NCBI GenBank assembly: GCA_002189035.1
Contig: CM007991.1
Coordinates: 930,001-994,000, forward strand
Direction of reading: 5' to 3'
Length of the DNA: 64,000 bases
Source of the DNA: Utricularia gibba
Lineage: Eukaryota; Plantae; Magnoliophyta
Positions 1-14,064 of this stretch are shown in pieces. A program made the translations under genes and the position numbers. Numbering within the stretch: the first letter of the stretch is position 1; every line of letters starts with the position of its first letter. Below the pieces are notes generated by a model. The model was not told the origin of the DNA. It did not search any database and saw nothing but the letters and a program-made list of their open reading frames with translations.

Positions 1-1398
1 ACAAGAAATCGTTAGAACAAGCAACTTGACCGGCAAATAATCATGACTACATATTTCTCTACTGCCATAAGCCCTTGCGGTGTGTAGCAGAACCCAGCTC
101 AAAAAGACGTGCTACCATACCTTAAATCTAGGAAAAGCGGAGAAACAACTAAACGAAAATCCAACACACGCGAATGGGATCGTAGAGAAGAGCGAAAAAT
201 GATGATGGAGAGATTGCATGACAAACGTTTGCCTTTTATAGGAAGAAATCAAAAGACTTCAAACACTAGGAGCGGTAGTGGTTTCGGCTTCGCAGGGTTG
301 AACCCCATAGGCGGTGGATTGCCGCGTCCGGATTTCATGGAAACCTCCTTTTGCCGCAGAAAGTATCACTTTTTTTGTTCAAATCCTCAGAGAAGCGCAG
401 AAGAATCAAGAAAAGCCCTCCTCTGGATATTTTCAAATCCTCCATTGCAAAACGAAGGTGAAAAATCTCTAGTAACAAAAATATCCCTAACGGCTGTTTG
501 TTCTTACATCATCCGTCGAAAATGACAGGAAAAGGGAAATAGAAATTAAAATAAAAAAAATCCATGAGACAAAAGTGAAATCAAATCAATATCTTGTATT
601 AATTTAATAAAAAAAAATCTCCTACGTCACTCAGATCATGGATTTTTATCTGGAGTTGGATGACGATTTCGCTTTGTTCGATTCAAATGAATTCCATTGG
701 TTGATGACGTACGGACAAATGAATTCCATTGCTTTGTATATTATTTACGCATGTGCCGCGCCGATCGCCGACTCTGAGATGTGATTCCGGTGCATTTCTG
801 TGTGCGCCGCCGCCTGGTTGCCTAATTGGGCCCACAGTTCCTCCTGTGGCCCACACCAAATGATGCTACCGGCCCAAAACACACACCAAATCCATGTACA
901 TGTAAATAAATACCGTATTTCGGTTTCTTTCCTACAAGCTGGCGAGGAAGGGTATACTCGTCATTTCATAACAAGAAACCCTAGTGGTTGACTAGTCAAC
1001 AGGCTTCCCCAGGTCAGGTGTATATAAATAAACGCTATTTATATACATGCATGACAAAATACAATACAACGTACGAAAGACAGTTCAATGGAAAATACAC
1101 TGCAGCAATGAGTTTTACCTTCGCCCCCCGCCCGCCTGCCTGCTAAACTACTACACGAAGCAGCAACATGCAAAGAGAAACAAAACAGTAACTGTAACAT
1201 GTAAATCTGTATTTACCCATGAGGCAACCTGCCGGTTGCTAGGTTGTATGACAGCTCTGGTTTAGATTTTTTGATCCTGGGCTCCAAGACCCATGCAAAG
1301 CAAAGCAAAGCAACAGCCTGCTTTGTCTCTCTCGCAGTGCCAAGCGTTGTGTTCTCATGGGTTGCTCGATGGCAGCTAAAAACAGCAGTGATGGATGA

Positions 1399-4300
1399 TT
1401 AATAACTGAATGCTTCGCCGCAAGTCACCCACTGCACGAAACTCTCGGAGAATTCATCGATAGAGGTTAGGGATGCAGCTTCAGTTCCAGTCTTCTCCTT
1501 CATCTGCGCGCACAAGCAGGAAGTGTCGGGAGAGATGGAAATGATACCGGGGACCCGTGTGGAAATGTGGAAAGGCTACTCACCATTGAACGGGATACAT
1601 ATGATTCACTTGTGGATGCTGGCGTTATTTCCCCGGTCAGACCCGGCTCATAGATAACGCTTTCTGAAGACATTCCAGGCGTGGGAGAGATCCCCTGTGT
1701 TGACCTGCTTGTAATGGCAAAAGAGAAGAGCAGGGGTACTGAGTTCCACAGAACACTACAGCCTTCTTAACCCCAACTGAACACAACTATCTAGTTACCT
1801 TTCCAACAAGTCTTCCTCACACGAGGATGAGAGCCAGTCTAAGTCAACGAAATTCGAGTCAGATTCAACATCAGGGTATCTATCTCTTTGCATTTCAGCA
1901 AGGAGCATCTTTGCAGGCATTGACGAAGTGCACCTGTAGAAACAAATTGCGAATTAAACATGTGCAAGTTCATTACAATCAGGATTTGAAGTTTTTTAAG
2001 GGACGGGACACAAAATGAGCATCTCCAAACTGGTTAAGAGAATTCAAGAACCTGGAATATGCAAACTCGCATTTGGAAGATGAAGCTGTTGACTCAAAAG
2101 CATTCTCACTTCTTACAGACTCGTCCAATGAACCATTTTCAGGGAACTCTTTGTTGTTGCTAAGCGATGAGGAGGCTGACTGATCTTCATGAAGAATATT
2201 TCCATCCGACAATGATCTCTTGAAAAGGTGCCTACTGCATATGGGTGTCCAGAATTAAAACACAAGAAAGAGCAGACAGCAGAGTGTTCATAAAAACAGA
2301 ACCTATTTAACTAATATTCAAGTTGAAAACTAGTATTGAAACCAGCAAGCATCAAAAAGTGGCCCAAAGATCTGGTATGAGTCTGCAGCATTTGTTAAGA
2401 CATAAAACATAAGCAGAAAGACACAGATTTACAAAAACACTCACGAGCTTTTACTGCCATTTGAAAGCCTGTGCACTCCCAAGCCAGGATGCTGGTCTGA
2501 ACCAAGCTCCCATAGGTCCAGCTTATTTGGCACTGGATTGAAATTACCGAGAAACCTGCTCATATATAAAATTCCACCAATCAATAGAAAAAAAAGGAAA
2601 ATCCCACGTATACCCTACACAGGACCAGCACACTGTGCAGATCGATAGAGAAAGAAAAAAAATAATGATGCAGTGTCATCAATCTTCGATAGCTAGTTAA
2701 TGTTTCCCTGCCAAAATCGATTTATGAACTGAACTTACACATTAATGGCCCTTTGTTTCTCAGCATCCATGTAAGCATTGCTATAATATCTTTGCAGAGT
2801 TCGCAAAAACTCCTGAGACTGTATTGCTGCTTTCCACTGGCCTCTTCGCTCAGAGAAAATCTATCAGTAAAAGTAAATGTATCATGATGAGCAGAAAAAA
2901 AATAATTAAACCTGCAATGCAAACAAGATGTTCAGATTCAAGTTGAATCAAGCGAACTTGATTCCATCAAGGGTAACGTTTCTCAGGAAACAACCCTGAA
3001 TAAAGATGATAACTACGATAAACAATGCAACATAACAGCCACCTTGTTGTGAGCAGCAGATCCACCATATTGATGTGCAAGAGTATCACCCATCTTCTCA
3101 TAAAAAACCATCAGTTCTCTAGCCAAAGGATCTTCAAAGTCCAGCTTTGTTGAGGATGTTATGCCTAAGGCATGGAGCTGATGCCCCAAGGCAGCCAAAC
3201 CATATGCATATTGTGCTACATTTGTCCTATCCAAACAGTCTATGCAATTTGTCCGAAGCACACCTTTTTGGACCTTAACGGGAGGAATCACATCACCAGC
3301 ACTATTTGATCCACCAGATTTCTTGTCTGAGTTAACAGAATCATCAGTCTCATTATCAGTAGAAGGGTATCTTAAGCCTGACATACTGGGGGCCTCAACA
3401 TTCCTAAGACGCATTAAAGTCAATTCTAGTATCAGCATCAATCAATGACAATTAAAAACGCGCGTACTGTCTAAGCAAGAAAGAAAGTGGTTCTTTCTAG
3501 AAAGCTTTCTTCAGCAAAATAGCAACACCTGATATGAAACCGAATTATAATACAGAACTTGTTATTAAATGCGCCCAAGACAAAAGGATTTTCATGTACT
3601 TAATCAATGTTGTCTTCAAATAGGTTCTTCAGCCAAATCACAAAAAGTAGACAATTAGGCAACGGTATAATAATCACAATATTGGAAAACAAAAAAAATG
3701 AAAAAATGCCAAGTAGAAGCTTTATTGGAGATCATCATGGATAAATATGTGACTCACTCAACATCAGTCCATCTGAGATGCAGATTTGATAGCATTTCTC
3801 TTGTGGCTTCACAATAGAAAATACCAGTGAGCGTTAACGCATAGGTAGCCACCTTCCCTAAAATTAGTAAAGCATCGTTGGCTTTGCTACTGCAAAAAAA
3901 AAAAAAAAAAAAAGGAAAACAAACTGGCCTCAATTTTTGATGTATAAGGGTGAGATGATAGGGGTAATGCATTTAAGCACCTTCGCAAATATTTATGCAG
4001 ATCCCAGTGGAGGAATTTAAGTTGGCTCTCTCCTGGTAAATCTTTATTGATGAATTCAATGGCATTGGCAAACTCAGCCCGGAGGATAGACTCACGAGGC
4101 TTTTTCTCATTTGCCTGCAATTGAAAATGAATCATCTTTTATTAACATGTTGAAAATTATGGTCAAACCAAAGAAGGGATTGCACTTAAACCAGCATAAT
4201 ATCTTACCTTAATCAAATTGCAAATTATGATGGGGTTCCCGTATCTATTCATAAGACTTTCAAAATGAAGTCTAGTAGCTTCATACGTTCGGTCCTTCTT

Positions 4301-6402
4301 TGACACTGCAAGAAAGAGGGTATTTAATTTAATGTAAAAATTAACATCTAACATACAGATAAAACAGAGATATTATCAGCGCAAGCATACATATTATGTC
4401 AGGCTTAAGATTTAAATGGGAAGCTTCCTGCGACCAAAACAGTGGTATTGATCCACGATTTTGGACAACAGAACTAATTTGCACGGTCAGTCCCTCAGGA
4501 ACATCCTCCATCAAGATCTGCTCGGTCTCAACATCATTAGCCACACTGCCTTTTTCGTTGACACCACGTTTTAAATATCTGCATGAACAAGAAATCTGAA
4601 CTCAGCATAAATCAGGAAAATAGTAGATGCAAGCCACAGTGGTAAACTATAACACAAAACACCCATGGATATATTCAACACTTCAGTTCTGATGCAAACA
4701 ATGACTCATTTAAATGAAAATCATCACTTTCATTCCGCCAAAATAAAATAGACATTACAACTTTCCCACCATTTCATCTAGGATCAACTGTATCAAAATG
4801 CAGAAAAAGCATATCTATGACTCAGTAAGTCTGGTGAATTGTGCTCCCGATAGATATGCTAAATTATTTTGATTCCCTCGTCTATTTGGCCCTCCGGAGC
4901 GTGAATCTAGGATAACACAGTAAATGTACCATACACAGTCTTATTCCTATGGGCCTCTGTTGTGAAAATGATCTACACTATTACCTTGTGCCAGCATAAT
5001 GCCGTGATCGTCGAGCAATGAGCGTGAGTTTTACATCTCTTCCTGATATAGGAAGCGTAGCCTGTATTCATCATTACAATGCATTAAATAACAACGTACA
5101 GTGCACCCTTATGCACATATGGCAATTGAATGGCTAACTAAAAATGAATCAGTCACAAACTTAAGAAATGCAGCAGTTTATCTTCCGAGAAGAAACTTCA
5201 AGATACATCACCTGCTTAAAAAATCCATAGATCAATGCAACAGTCCATTTGGTATTCTGAAGAATATTCCGTATTCCACGAGTAAGAAACTCATTCCACA
5301 CAAATGTAGTTTCATACAAGGCTTTCCCAGTTTTGATGTCACAAATGTTCTTCTGAAAACTTCTCATCACATTGTATGAGTAACTAAAGTAGAAGTCCTT
5401 TGTAAGATCAAACATGCACAACAGCTTTTTGTATCTGTCCCATAAAAAATGTTTATCAATATCAATCATGAAAAAGAAAGATCATACAAAAAAGTTTCAG
5501 TAAAGATTCTACATAATACTTTCTCAAAACACATAAAATGAGATGAAAAAAAAAGGATATTCAATAACCTGTTCTCGCGTCGAGAGTTAACCTCGTTGGA
5601 TCCTACTGATGAATATGACAATTGAATCATTTCACTCTTTGATACAGCATAGACATCATGACCGCAAATTGCACCTACTTGCCTCCTTTTCGTGATAATT
5701 AGCATGTAATAAGGCCCAAGAAATTTTATGAACCCTGAAAGTAAAGGGAAAATAGAGATAAATACGGGGAGCGTGCAGAGGAACAGAGAAATGTTTAATG
5801 AAATGATGGGCTGACCAACGATGCCATAACACGTGGTAACAAATTTGAGTCCTCCGGTCATCTTATTTCCTTCATTTATCCTTCTCAGCAAATCAGAGCA
5901 CTCCCTTTCAGTATACGTCGTGGAATCTTCACGTATGCTAAGCTCAGTGGGCTCCGACCTATCAATTTTCAAAACTTTCCAGGATCTTCTGCTCTTCTCC
6001 CTGCCTAACATATAAAAATTCTGCAAGAAAAATTGCAAAATCTAAATAAAACCATCAAGCTTTATTTGAAGCGCCTACCTATGTGGCAAAAACATACAAA
6101 AAATGGCAGCAAGGTCTTCCCTTGCTTCAAGGAAATGAAATAGTACAGTAAAAGGAACGGAACAGGTGCTTTACGTGCCAGAATGTGCAGCTATGGAACC
6201 GACCAGCCGAAAAAAATCATGCTTCACCGACGATGAACTCTAATTAACATCAACTGGAAAGCATAGATTCGTACCGATCTAGTTTCGTAGAGTCTGAATT
6301 TCTGCAGAAACCCATCCGGTGGGGAACACCCACCGAAAACCGTGGACAATGAGGCGTCAATTGATGATTTTGCTGCTCAGCATTTTCTGATACACAAGCC
6401 AT
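1399..6402 (-). CDS. SAC: SAC-domain phosphoinositide phosphatase (SAC2/3/4 clade, FIG4-like), multi-exon, with a 1-bp frameshift in exon 1
   Basis: Exons read manually: [11 protein letters not shown]|NFYMLGR...[32 protein letters not shown]|[16 protein letters not shown], catalytic [15 protein letters not shown]-terminal [15 protein letters not shown] (stop 1399-1401). The ATG at 6402 joins the LQKF frame only if one base is added near the G4 run at 6321-6324. Confidence 0.92.
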
Positions 6403-8114
6403 CACTTTTAGTTATATTAACGATCCCCGAGCCGCCGGCTCGGGAATCAGTTACTCTTGCAGTCACCTACAATCATCATTTTTTTCCTTAGCCTTCTCCC
6501 CAACTCCTGACCTCATTCAGAACACCCATAGGTTGCTTCAAATACAGCATTCCCCGAGAACCCAAAACACAAAATTCCAAAAGACCCAAGCTTTCCTTCT
6601 CGATCTTGCCAAAGCCTGCTGTCCAACCCCCCGAAAACCGCAACTCACGAAATCTGACCCCGAATCGACCGCGACAGAACTTCAAGAACACGCCCCAAAT
6701 TCCGCATACACAATGAAATACCAAAATTAAAGAAAGGTTAAAACATGCCGTGATGCTCTAGAAAGGAACTCTTCTGAGAATAAAGAAATCAGGGACGCAA
6801 CAATAATAGAAATGGAAACAAGGATTAGTCAAAATGATGATGATTTCCGGCACCGAAAACAGGAAATCTTCTAGAGAAGATGAAGAAGAAACAAGAGAAG
6901 CAACAGCTAGGAATGGATCTGCCGGGCATAACGAAAACCACAAACCACTTCTCCCCCCCCCCATGTACATACCCCAATATACCCCTCGCACATAAATCGT
7001 TTATTTTCAGACTAAACTAAAAAAAAAATCCTGTCGAAATCAATAATTATAATCATTGAATATTTAATATATAAATCTCTTTAAGAATCATATTAATCCG
7101 ATAAACACAAGGATTTGTTTAAAGCTACGTTTTCAAATAACGGTTCGATTGGACGGGGTGAACCGATAACCGAAAAAAAAACGATTCAGATAATATACAA
7201 AATTATCAAATCATTTTTATTATTTTTTTTATTTGACTTTAATTCCATTTGATAAATTTTATTCCATATTCATTACTTTGGTAGGAAATTTTCTTGTATT
7301 CTGTTACGGGGACATATATATTTTACTAATCCGAATTCAACCCCGTTGACCGAGAATGAAGGTGACTTTGACCACGAGGAACAACTTATCGATAGTTTTT
7401 TTTTAAGCTTTTTATTTTTGAAATAGTAAATATAGGTGTCGGGTAAAGTTTTTAAATTTAATTATACAAAAAATATATTTTTAAATACACACGAATTTTC
7501 ACATTTTGACATAAAAAATATTACTGTCTCACCTATTTCTAATTCCCTATATATATACTCGGTCTAAGACTTGGATTAGGTTTTCAAGAAGTAGCTCATG
7601 GGCCAGGTCCATTCTAGAAGATAACCTAAACCCCTAAAGTTTTTAAAATTGATACAATTAGTCCCTAATATTTAATAAAATAATATAATTAATTCCTATT
7701 GACATATTTAGTTCTTAAATTTTGACGTAAGGCATATATTTAGTCCTTAACTTTTTATGTATCGGACATATTTAATCTTCATTTTTACTTTAATATTTTT
7801 TTATACTTATTATTTAAAAACATTTATAATTGATATTTCAATATTTAAAAATCAGATATATTTGATCTTCATTATTTAATTCTTTAGTAAAATTGGGTCC
7901 TATTTACTCCGACCACTTCCAAAATATGATTCATAATCATAAGTCCTGTTCTAAAAATTCATTTAAAAATTATAAAGTTTTTGCCGATTTTATTCCTATA
8001 TTCTTATTGTTCATTATATAATATGAGAATTTTGGAAGTGGCAAGCTGCTGAAAATTGTAGTTTTCAAAACATTGAGGATCATTTTGCAATTTTCACAAA
8101 ATATTTCAGGTGAA

Positions 8115-9823
8115 TTAATTTAAAGATGAGAGATTATCATGATAAGGGACTGCAGTTGAATCCAGCCATTCTTCACCCGTGATGAACTCCGACACCGTGA
8201 AATTCGCCGCGTCGGAGTACTCCATCAGATGAAATCCCGGCCACGAAACACGGTGGTCGATGGCGGATCCAGGCCCGGAATTCTGATATTCGCCGTAGTA
8301 TAGCGTATCAAGACCCTGATCGCTGTCCCATTTTGTCCATCCCTCCGCCGTGAGGAAACCGTCAATGTACGACTCCATAATCACCGTCCTGGAATACTTC
8401 TTCCATGGCCGGCCGAGATAACTCTTCACCGTCGACGAATTTGAGTACAAATCATCCGTCGCCAAAATCGTGCAATTTTGTAGGGAAATACCTGTGTTCT
8501 CTTCTGGGCTATCGCGGCCCTGCGCGGTGACGACGGTGAATTGGTTCGCCATTGGCATCCGGGAGATTATGTTGCAGCCCTGGAAAACGACGGCGGCATT
8601 TCCGAAGATGTAATCGATGGTACCGTAAATGTCGCATTCGCGGAAGAATTGCCGGAATGAATGGGTGTAAAGGGTGTCTTGGTATCCGACGATTGCGCAG
8701 CGGTAGACAGCGGCGAAATCGCCGTTTATTCGGAGAGCGACCGCCTGATGATTCTCCGGCCCGGCGGTATTCTCGAATCTAATGTCACGTGCCAAGAATC
8801 CCTCACCGGAGACAGCTGCAATTCAAAATTTTTAAAACAACGAAATAGCAACGCCAATTATGGAAGATACACGGAGGCCGATTTTACCCAAAAATTCTCA
8901 AACTTACCGACGGTGGCAGATCGGAAAGTTGTCCATCCAGAGGCAACACTTCTATTTCCGGTAATAACCGTCGCATCTTTCCCATCTCCGACCAAAACAA
9001 TGTTAGTTTTCCAGCTCGGAATCTCCACATTCTCTTCATAAACCCCCTGTTTAACATATATAATCACTCTGCTTCCACTATTACTCGGCACAAAATCCAC
9101 AGCTTCCGAAACCGTCGTGAAGTTCCCCGTTCCGTCGGCCGCCACTGTCACCAGTGAACTATAATCGTACTCCTCGCCAGGATCCATCAAAATCCGCCGC
9201 GCAATTCTCGGCACCCATCTCGGAAAGCCCAGAAGCCGCCGCCTATTTCGCCGTCCCTTGTTCGCATTGACGTCAGATAACATGGACAACGAATTGCTCA
9301 CATGGGCATAAGTGGTGTCCAGTGATTCCACCACCACGGATTTCCCCTTTCCGGCAACAGAGTCCAATCCCTCCAAGCACGTGACCCTATTCGTCACGGC
9401 GGCGCTGAGAAAGCTTCTGAAATCAGCGAACTTCCGGGCAGCACCGGAAACATCTCCCATCCCAGAAAGTAATTTATTCAATACAGATAAAGTAATCTGA
9501 TGCAGCTCCTTGCAGTCCTCCACACCACCCCTCTGCCTCTCAACCAAATCCGCATTCGCAAGGAGACCCGAAAGCTTGTTCCCTTCAGAAATGGCGGTTT
9601 TGAGCGTTTGCAAGATGAAAGGAACGATTTTGGGGGCAATGCTGATGTTGACAGGGATGGAAGCTTTCAGGGAATCGAAACAGGAATCAGGGTACGGAGT
9701 CGTCTTGCAGACACTCCTGATATTCTCAAGATGAATTGCATAGGAGTTGAGTGTGGCAAAAGATGAAGGAATGCAGAAGAGAAAATACAGAACAAATAGC
9801 CACTTGACAAGACCGGAAGCCAT
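8115..9823 (-). CDS. PME: Pectin methylesterase with N-terminal PMEI pro-domain (2 exons, 9823-8908 and 8815-8115)
   Basis: Signal peptide, PMEI cysteines (CKTTPYPDSC), RRLL/RRIL processing sites, catalytic motifs QAVALR, QDTLY, GTIDYIFG, LGRPW; GTAAG...TGCAG intron in phase. Confidence 0.95.
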
Positions 9824-9840
9824 TAATGGTAAAAGAAAAT

Positions 9841-9876
9841 GAAGAAGAAGAAGAAGAAGAAGAAGAAGAAGAAGAA
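9841..9876. repeat. (GAA)12 microsatellite in the PME 5' leader
   Basis: Directly visible perfect repeat. Confidence 0.95.
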
Positions 9877-11755
9877 ACAGCAGCAGCAGAGCACCTGGCT
9901 TCTGCAGTGAGAATCCTTACAAAGAAACTTGTGGCAAGAAATGCCGCTGACTCTTCCAACCGTGTCGTTTCTTCTATGGGGTAGAAGAATCAGGACTCAA
10001 AAGTGGAACTATGCCAGCCATTTAATAGACCTGTGACCCCAAGCAACTTCCCTCCCTCAACACACACAAACACTCCTTCTGGTTCTGAGGTTGGAGTTGC
10101 GCCCCTGTTCCTCATTTGATCAAGTTATTAACCCAGTGCTCAAATGACCAGCAACTGGTTCACCTTATGAGGGAACAGCTGGGGTGAGATTTGCCAGGAG
10201 ACTCTGCCACATGTATCAAAAAATTTAGAGACAGTGATGAATGGGAACTGGTAAAATCAACAACTTCAATAATTTGTTAGGAATGGGTCTGGCAGGGCAC
10301 GACTCTAGTGATTCCCTCCTAATCCTAACAGGCCATAATTCAGCTTTAAGAGAACGAATGTACTAAATCTCACCGACCCTCATACTTGAAGAATAAAATA
10401 TAAGCTCGGGCTACTTGCATTGACCTCCATTCTGGTCTGGTGATAGAAAAAACACAGAATAAAAATGGAAAGGAGTTGGGGATGATATTCCCAAGGAGTG
10501 GCAAGGTTACATTTCATATTCAAAAAGTACGTAGTGTAGGGTGTGCGATGTCACCACATGGGTGGACCTACTTTATAAATCTAATCACTTTGTAATATGT
10601 ATGAAAAAATTTATCAGTGTAATTTTTTATTTTACATTTTCACTTAACTATAATATGATATTAATAGCTTATTATAATTTTTTATTAATAGAAAATTAAT
10701 TATGATTTATCTTTTGTTGGTCCTCCCATTTTACCGTTTCTAAAAAAGAGGTTCTCCAAGTTTCAAGCCTTTGATCGCGTGCACGTGACAGCGTCTGGTT
10801 CTTATCCATATTGCACGTGACATTCTCCTCTGGTAGCGGCCATTAGAGTCACCCGTCATGCCTACTATAAAGGCAAGTTCTCTGCTCTCACATAAGTGGG
10901 TTTTGTGATGCATTGATTTCTAGCCATGGGCAGAGTTGCCGTTTCCCGGCTATAGTTTAGAAAGGCTCAGGCCACTTATGCCCTACATTCAACAAGATGG
11001 CAAAACACAACAGAACAATGGTCCAGAGCACAGTACTGGTAGCATCTGTTTGCGGTGCAATCTGAAAAATAAAAAAACACTGTCTGCTTTCCCACAAGCT
11101 ATGAATTAAGATTTGTGTTATGGTGTGGTATTATGAATGCAGCCATGTGTGTGTTGTGATCATCACCATAATTCCTCCAAACACAGACTCGGACCCAACC
11201 CATTCTCCTCAACATGCAAATGGTGTAGCGAGGGGAAACCTTAGTTTGGTTAAACCCATCAGCCACTCCATAACGAGAAGTAATGAGAATCTACATTATC
11301 ACAACATAATAATTGCAAATCATAGATCAAATAAATACATTGCTACAAGTTGAAAACTGGTCCCCCTTGGGAGGAAATGAATGGGACACATCTTGTTACC
11401 ATCGGCCCCCAAAAAATGAAATAATTTTGCACTCATTATTATGCTTGGCGTTAAATGGGATGCAGGCGGGGGAGAAACATTATAAAATTCAAACAATTTT
11501 CATGTATGCTGTAGATATTAAGACATTAGTGACGGAGAGTAGCTTTTCACCTAAAAGAGATACAAAGAGGAGGAAGTATTTCAGCTTAGGAGAATACAGA
11601 GGGTTCGCTCATCACATGCACTAGGACTTAACTTGCTGAAATAATAGACGCAAGCATAGAGGATACCAATTATTCATTTGTTTATTGCTATTACGAATCT
11701 GTATCATTCAGTGAAACCTCACCAATGGGAATGGGGAAATGTCGTGCCCCCTGTA

Positions 11756-14064
11756 TCAGGGTCCCGATTTCACATCTTCTTCCATCCTCCTTTTGATCTT
11801 GTACTGCAATGCAGCAGGGGCACAATCTAGAGGTGTTTCACCTGAACAATAGAAGATCATAACAATGGTGTTTCATCTTCTTTCGTTCTCTTGTGAATTA
11901 TTACCAAAAAAAAACATCAGTGAGGCAACATTATGAATGCTTATCCATTTCCAGCATTAGGCTGCATGTTGTCTTTAAGGTGACCAACCTTTCAATGATG
12001 CCGGTTTTAATGGCTACTCCTCCCCCAAAAATAAAAGGGTAGGCTAAAAGAAAAGGATAATAGTTTACCTAGAGAATTCTTATGGCTCAGGCTTGCTCCA
12101 TGGTCAATTAGGGCAAATACAATATCGGTTTGATTAAAAACTGCTGCCTGGATAGTGACAAAAAATCACATTTACCTACAGTTAAGTAATGAAAAATGGA
12201 GGAGGCAAGGGAGAAGAGGGGCAACGTACTAAATGTAATAAGGATGAGCCCTGCCTGTCGCAATAATTCGCATCAACGCCCTAATATCCAACAATGCCAA
12301 GTTATATCAATAAAGAGATGCAACAAAAAAAAAAAGGCATTCAAACCAGAAGGAAAAAATAAGTACCTGGCAAAGAAGCTTTTTAGCAGCAGATACATCC
12401 CCATTTTTTATCGCTTCTCTTAAACCCTATAATTATGCACAAGTCAGAGATAAATTACCCCTAAAATAAAGCTTTCCAGCTGCACTGTTAAAGTGAAAGG
12501 GTAAAGGTTCAAACACCTCCCCAGTATTTTCATAATTTCCAGATGACAAATCTACAGCGCTGCTTATTGCTTGGCCTTGGTTGAAAACAGAGCTGCTGCA
12601 CATTTCAATGTTCAACATATACACGGGTCAAAATATACATTTTTTTAAAAAGCCTGCATCGCCATGATCAAATAAGCCACTACAATTTATAATGCTTACG
12701 TTGGTCGACCATTTGATGTTGAACCTCCACTTTTAGTTGATGGCCCCGGCTTTTTTATTTTTGTTGAAGGAAGTGATGGTTTCGGCCTGATATTTGATGA
12801 CTGCATGCACATTGCTATTCAGTGAGAAATGAAGAGACCGTGAAAAAGAAATTACAACTTAAGACAATCCCTACCTTAGCCAACACAGGATCCAACTGAG
12901 GTTCTGGTACTTCACAAATACATAAGGGCATTCCACATTTGCAATCTGAGATGCCTTGAGGAGATTGTGCAACAATAACATCAGGTTTCACATCTGGAAC
13001 TTTGCCAATATCTAGACTCGAAATGCTATCCACTACAGAATTAACAGCAATTGAAGTAGCAACACCAGCTGGAAGAGCATCTTTATTTAATCTAAGAAAA
13101 AAGAGAAATCCATTTCAGTACAATGTACTGAAAGCCAACAGAAAAGCAGTAAGGTGAAATGGAAGGAGAAATCGGCTACTATAAAAGAAGAGTATCAAGC
13201 CAATCAAATAAACGCTATCTAAGATATAGCTTGGAAGCCTATAATGCAACGTAAGGGGACATAGCAACTACAAAGTCAAAGCTCCATGCAATACAGATTA
13301 GAGAGCAACTGAAGCAAATGATACACCAATTGATTTTTTCGCACGACCGAACAACATCGTGAAAGTTGCATATTTATTACAAGGGAATGTAATAAGACAT
13401 TACCTAGAACCATCATTAAAACAATCCACACAAACTCGCACATTTGAATGAATGCCAAACTGGGGGAGCGCCTGTAAAACTGGGACTATATGAGCTAATC
13501 TTTCATTTGAAGAACTATAATTTCTTCTTCCAGAGGCATACCATTTGGTTTGAGGAGTGCTCAGCACACAATGTCCGGCCACAACATCTGCAGTGATGCT
13601 AGAAATGCAAACGGAGAAAAACATCCGAATGTATTAACCATATGCTGAACCAAATCTTGATTAGAAACATGAAACGTAAGTGAAGCACATGCATTTTGAA
13701 GACAATACATCAAGGCAAAGCTGTCAGCTTCGTGTGAGAAAGAGATTTGTAGCATGAGTTCCAATTAAACAAATGAACCGATCAAAAATATATATAAAAA
13801 AATATGACGGTAACAGTAAACAAAAAGAAAAAACCGAATGAAGTCCACTGCCCATATGGGTAACCTTAAAAATAAATCTTTAGCAATAAAAAATCAAACA
13901 CCACCAAACAGCCGCATAGCGGGTGTAGAACCGAAAGAAAATCAGGAAGTAACCCTAATTCAAATTCAGATCACACAAGGAAATATTACGCGACGGCGGA
14001 AGGTGGAGAAGCTGCATTTGCAGACATCACACCGAGATGCTTCCTGGAAGGGCGGCGGATCCAT
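11756..14064 (-). CDS. Small FYVE zinc-finger plus ankyrin-repeat protein (about 10 exons)
   Basis: MDPPPFQEASRCDVCKCSFSTFRRR|HHCRCCGRTLC...VRVCVDCF (FYVE), CKCGMPLCICE, then GLREAIKNGD, GVDANYCDRQGSSLLHL|AAVFNQTDIV, GETPLDCAP (ankyrin-like); canonical splice sites keep the frame to TGA at 11756-11758. Confidence 0.88.

Noticed and set aside
109-525. 138-aa plus-strand ORF
   Set aside because: No recognisable domain; it looks like the antisense of a CT-rich 5' leader.
7650-7900. ttagtccct/ttagtcctt sub-repeats resembling Mutator-like TIR remnants
   Set aside because: One-sided, no partner TIR or TSD found; too degraded to call.
10100-10185. Weak hairpin (ctgttcctcat ... atgagggaacag)
   Set aside because: The stem is short and competes with an alternative internal pairing; no known small RNA recognised.
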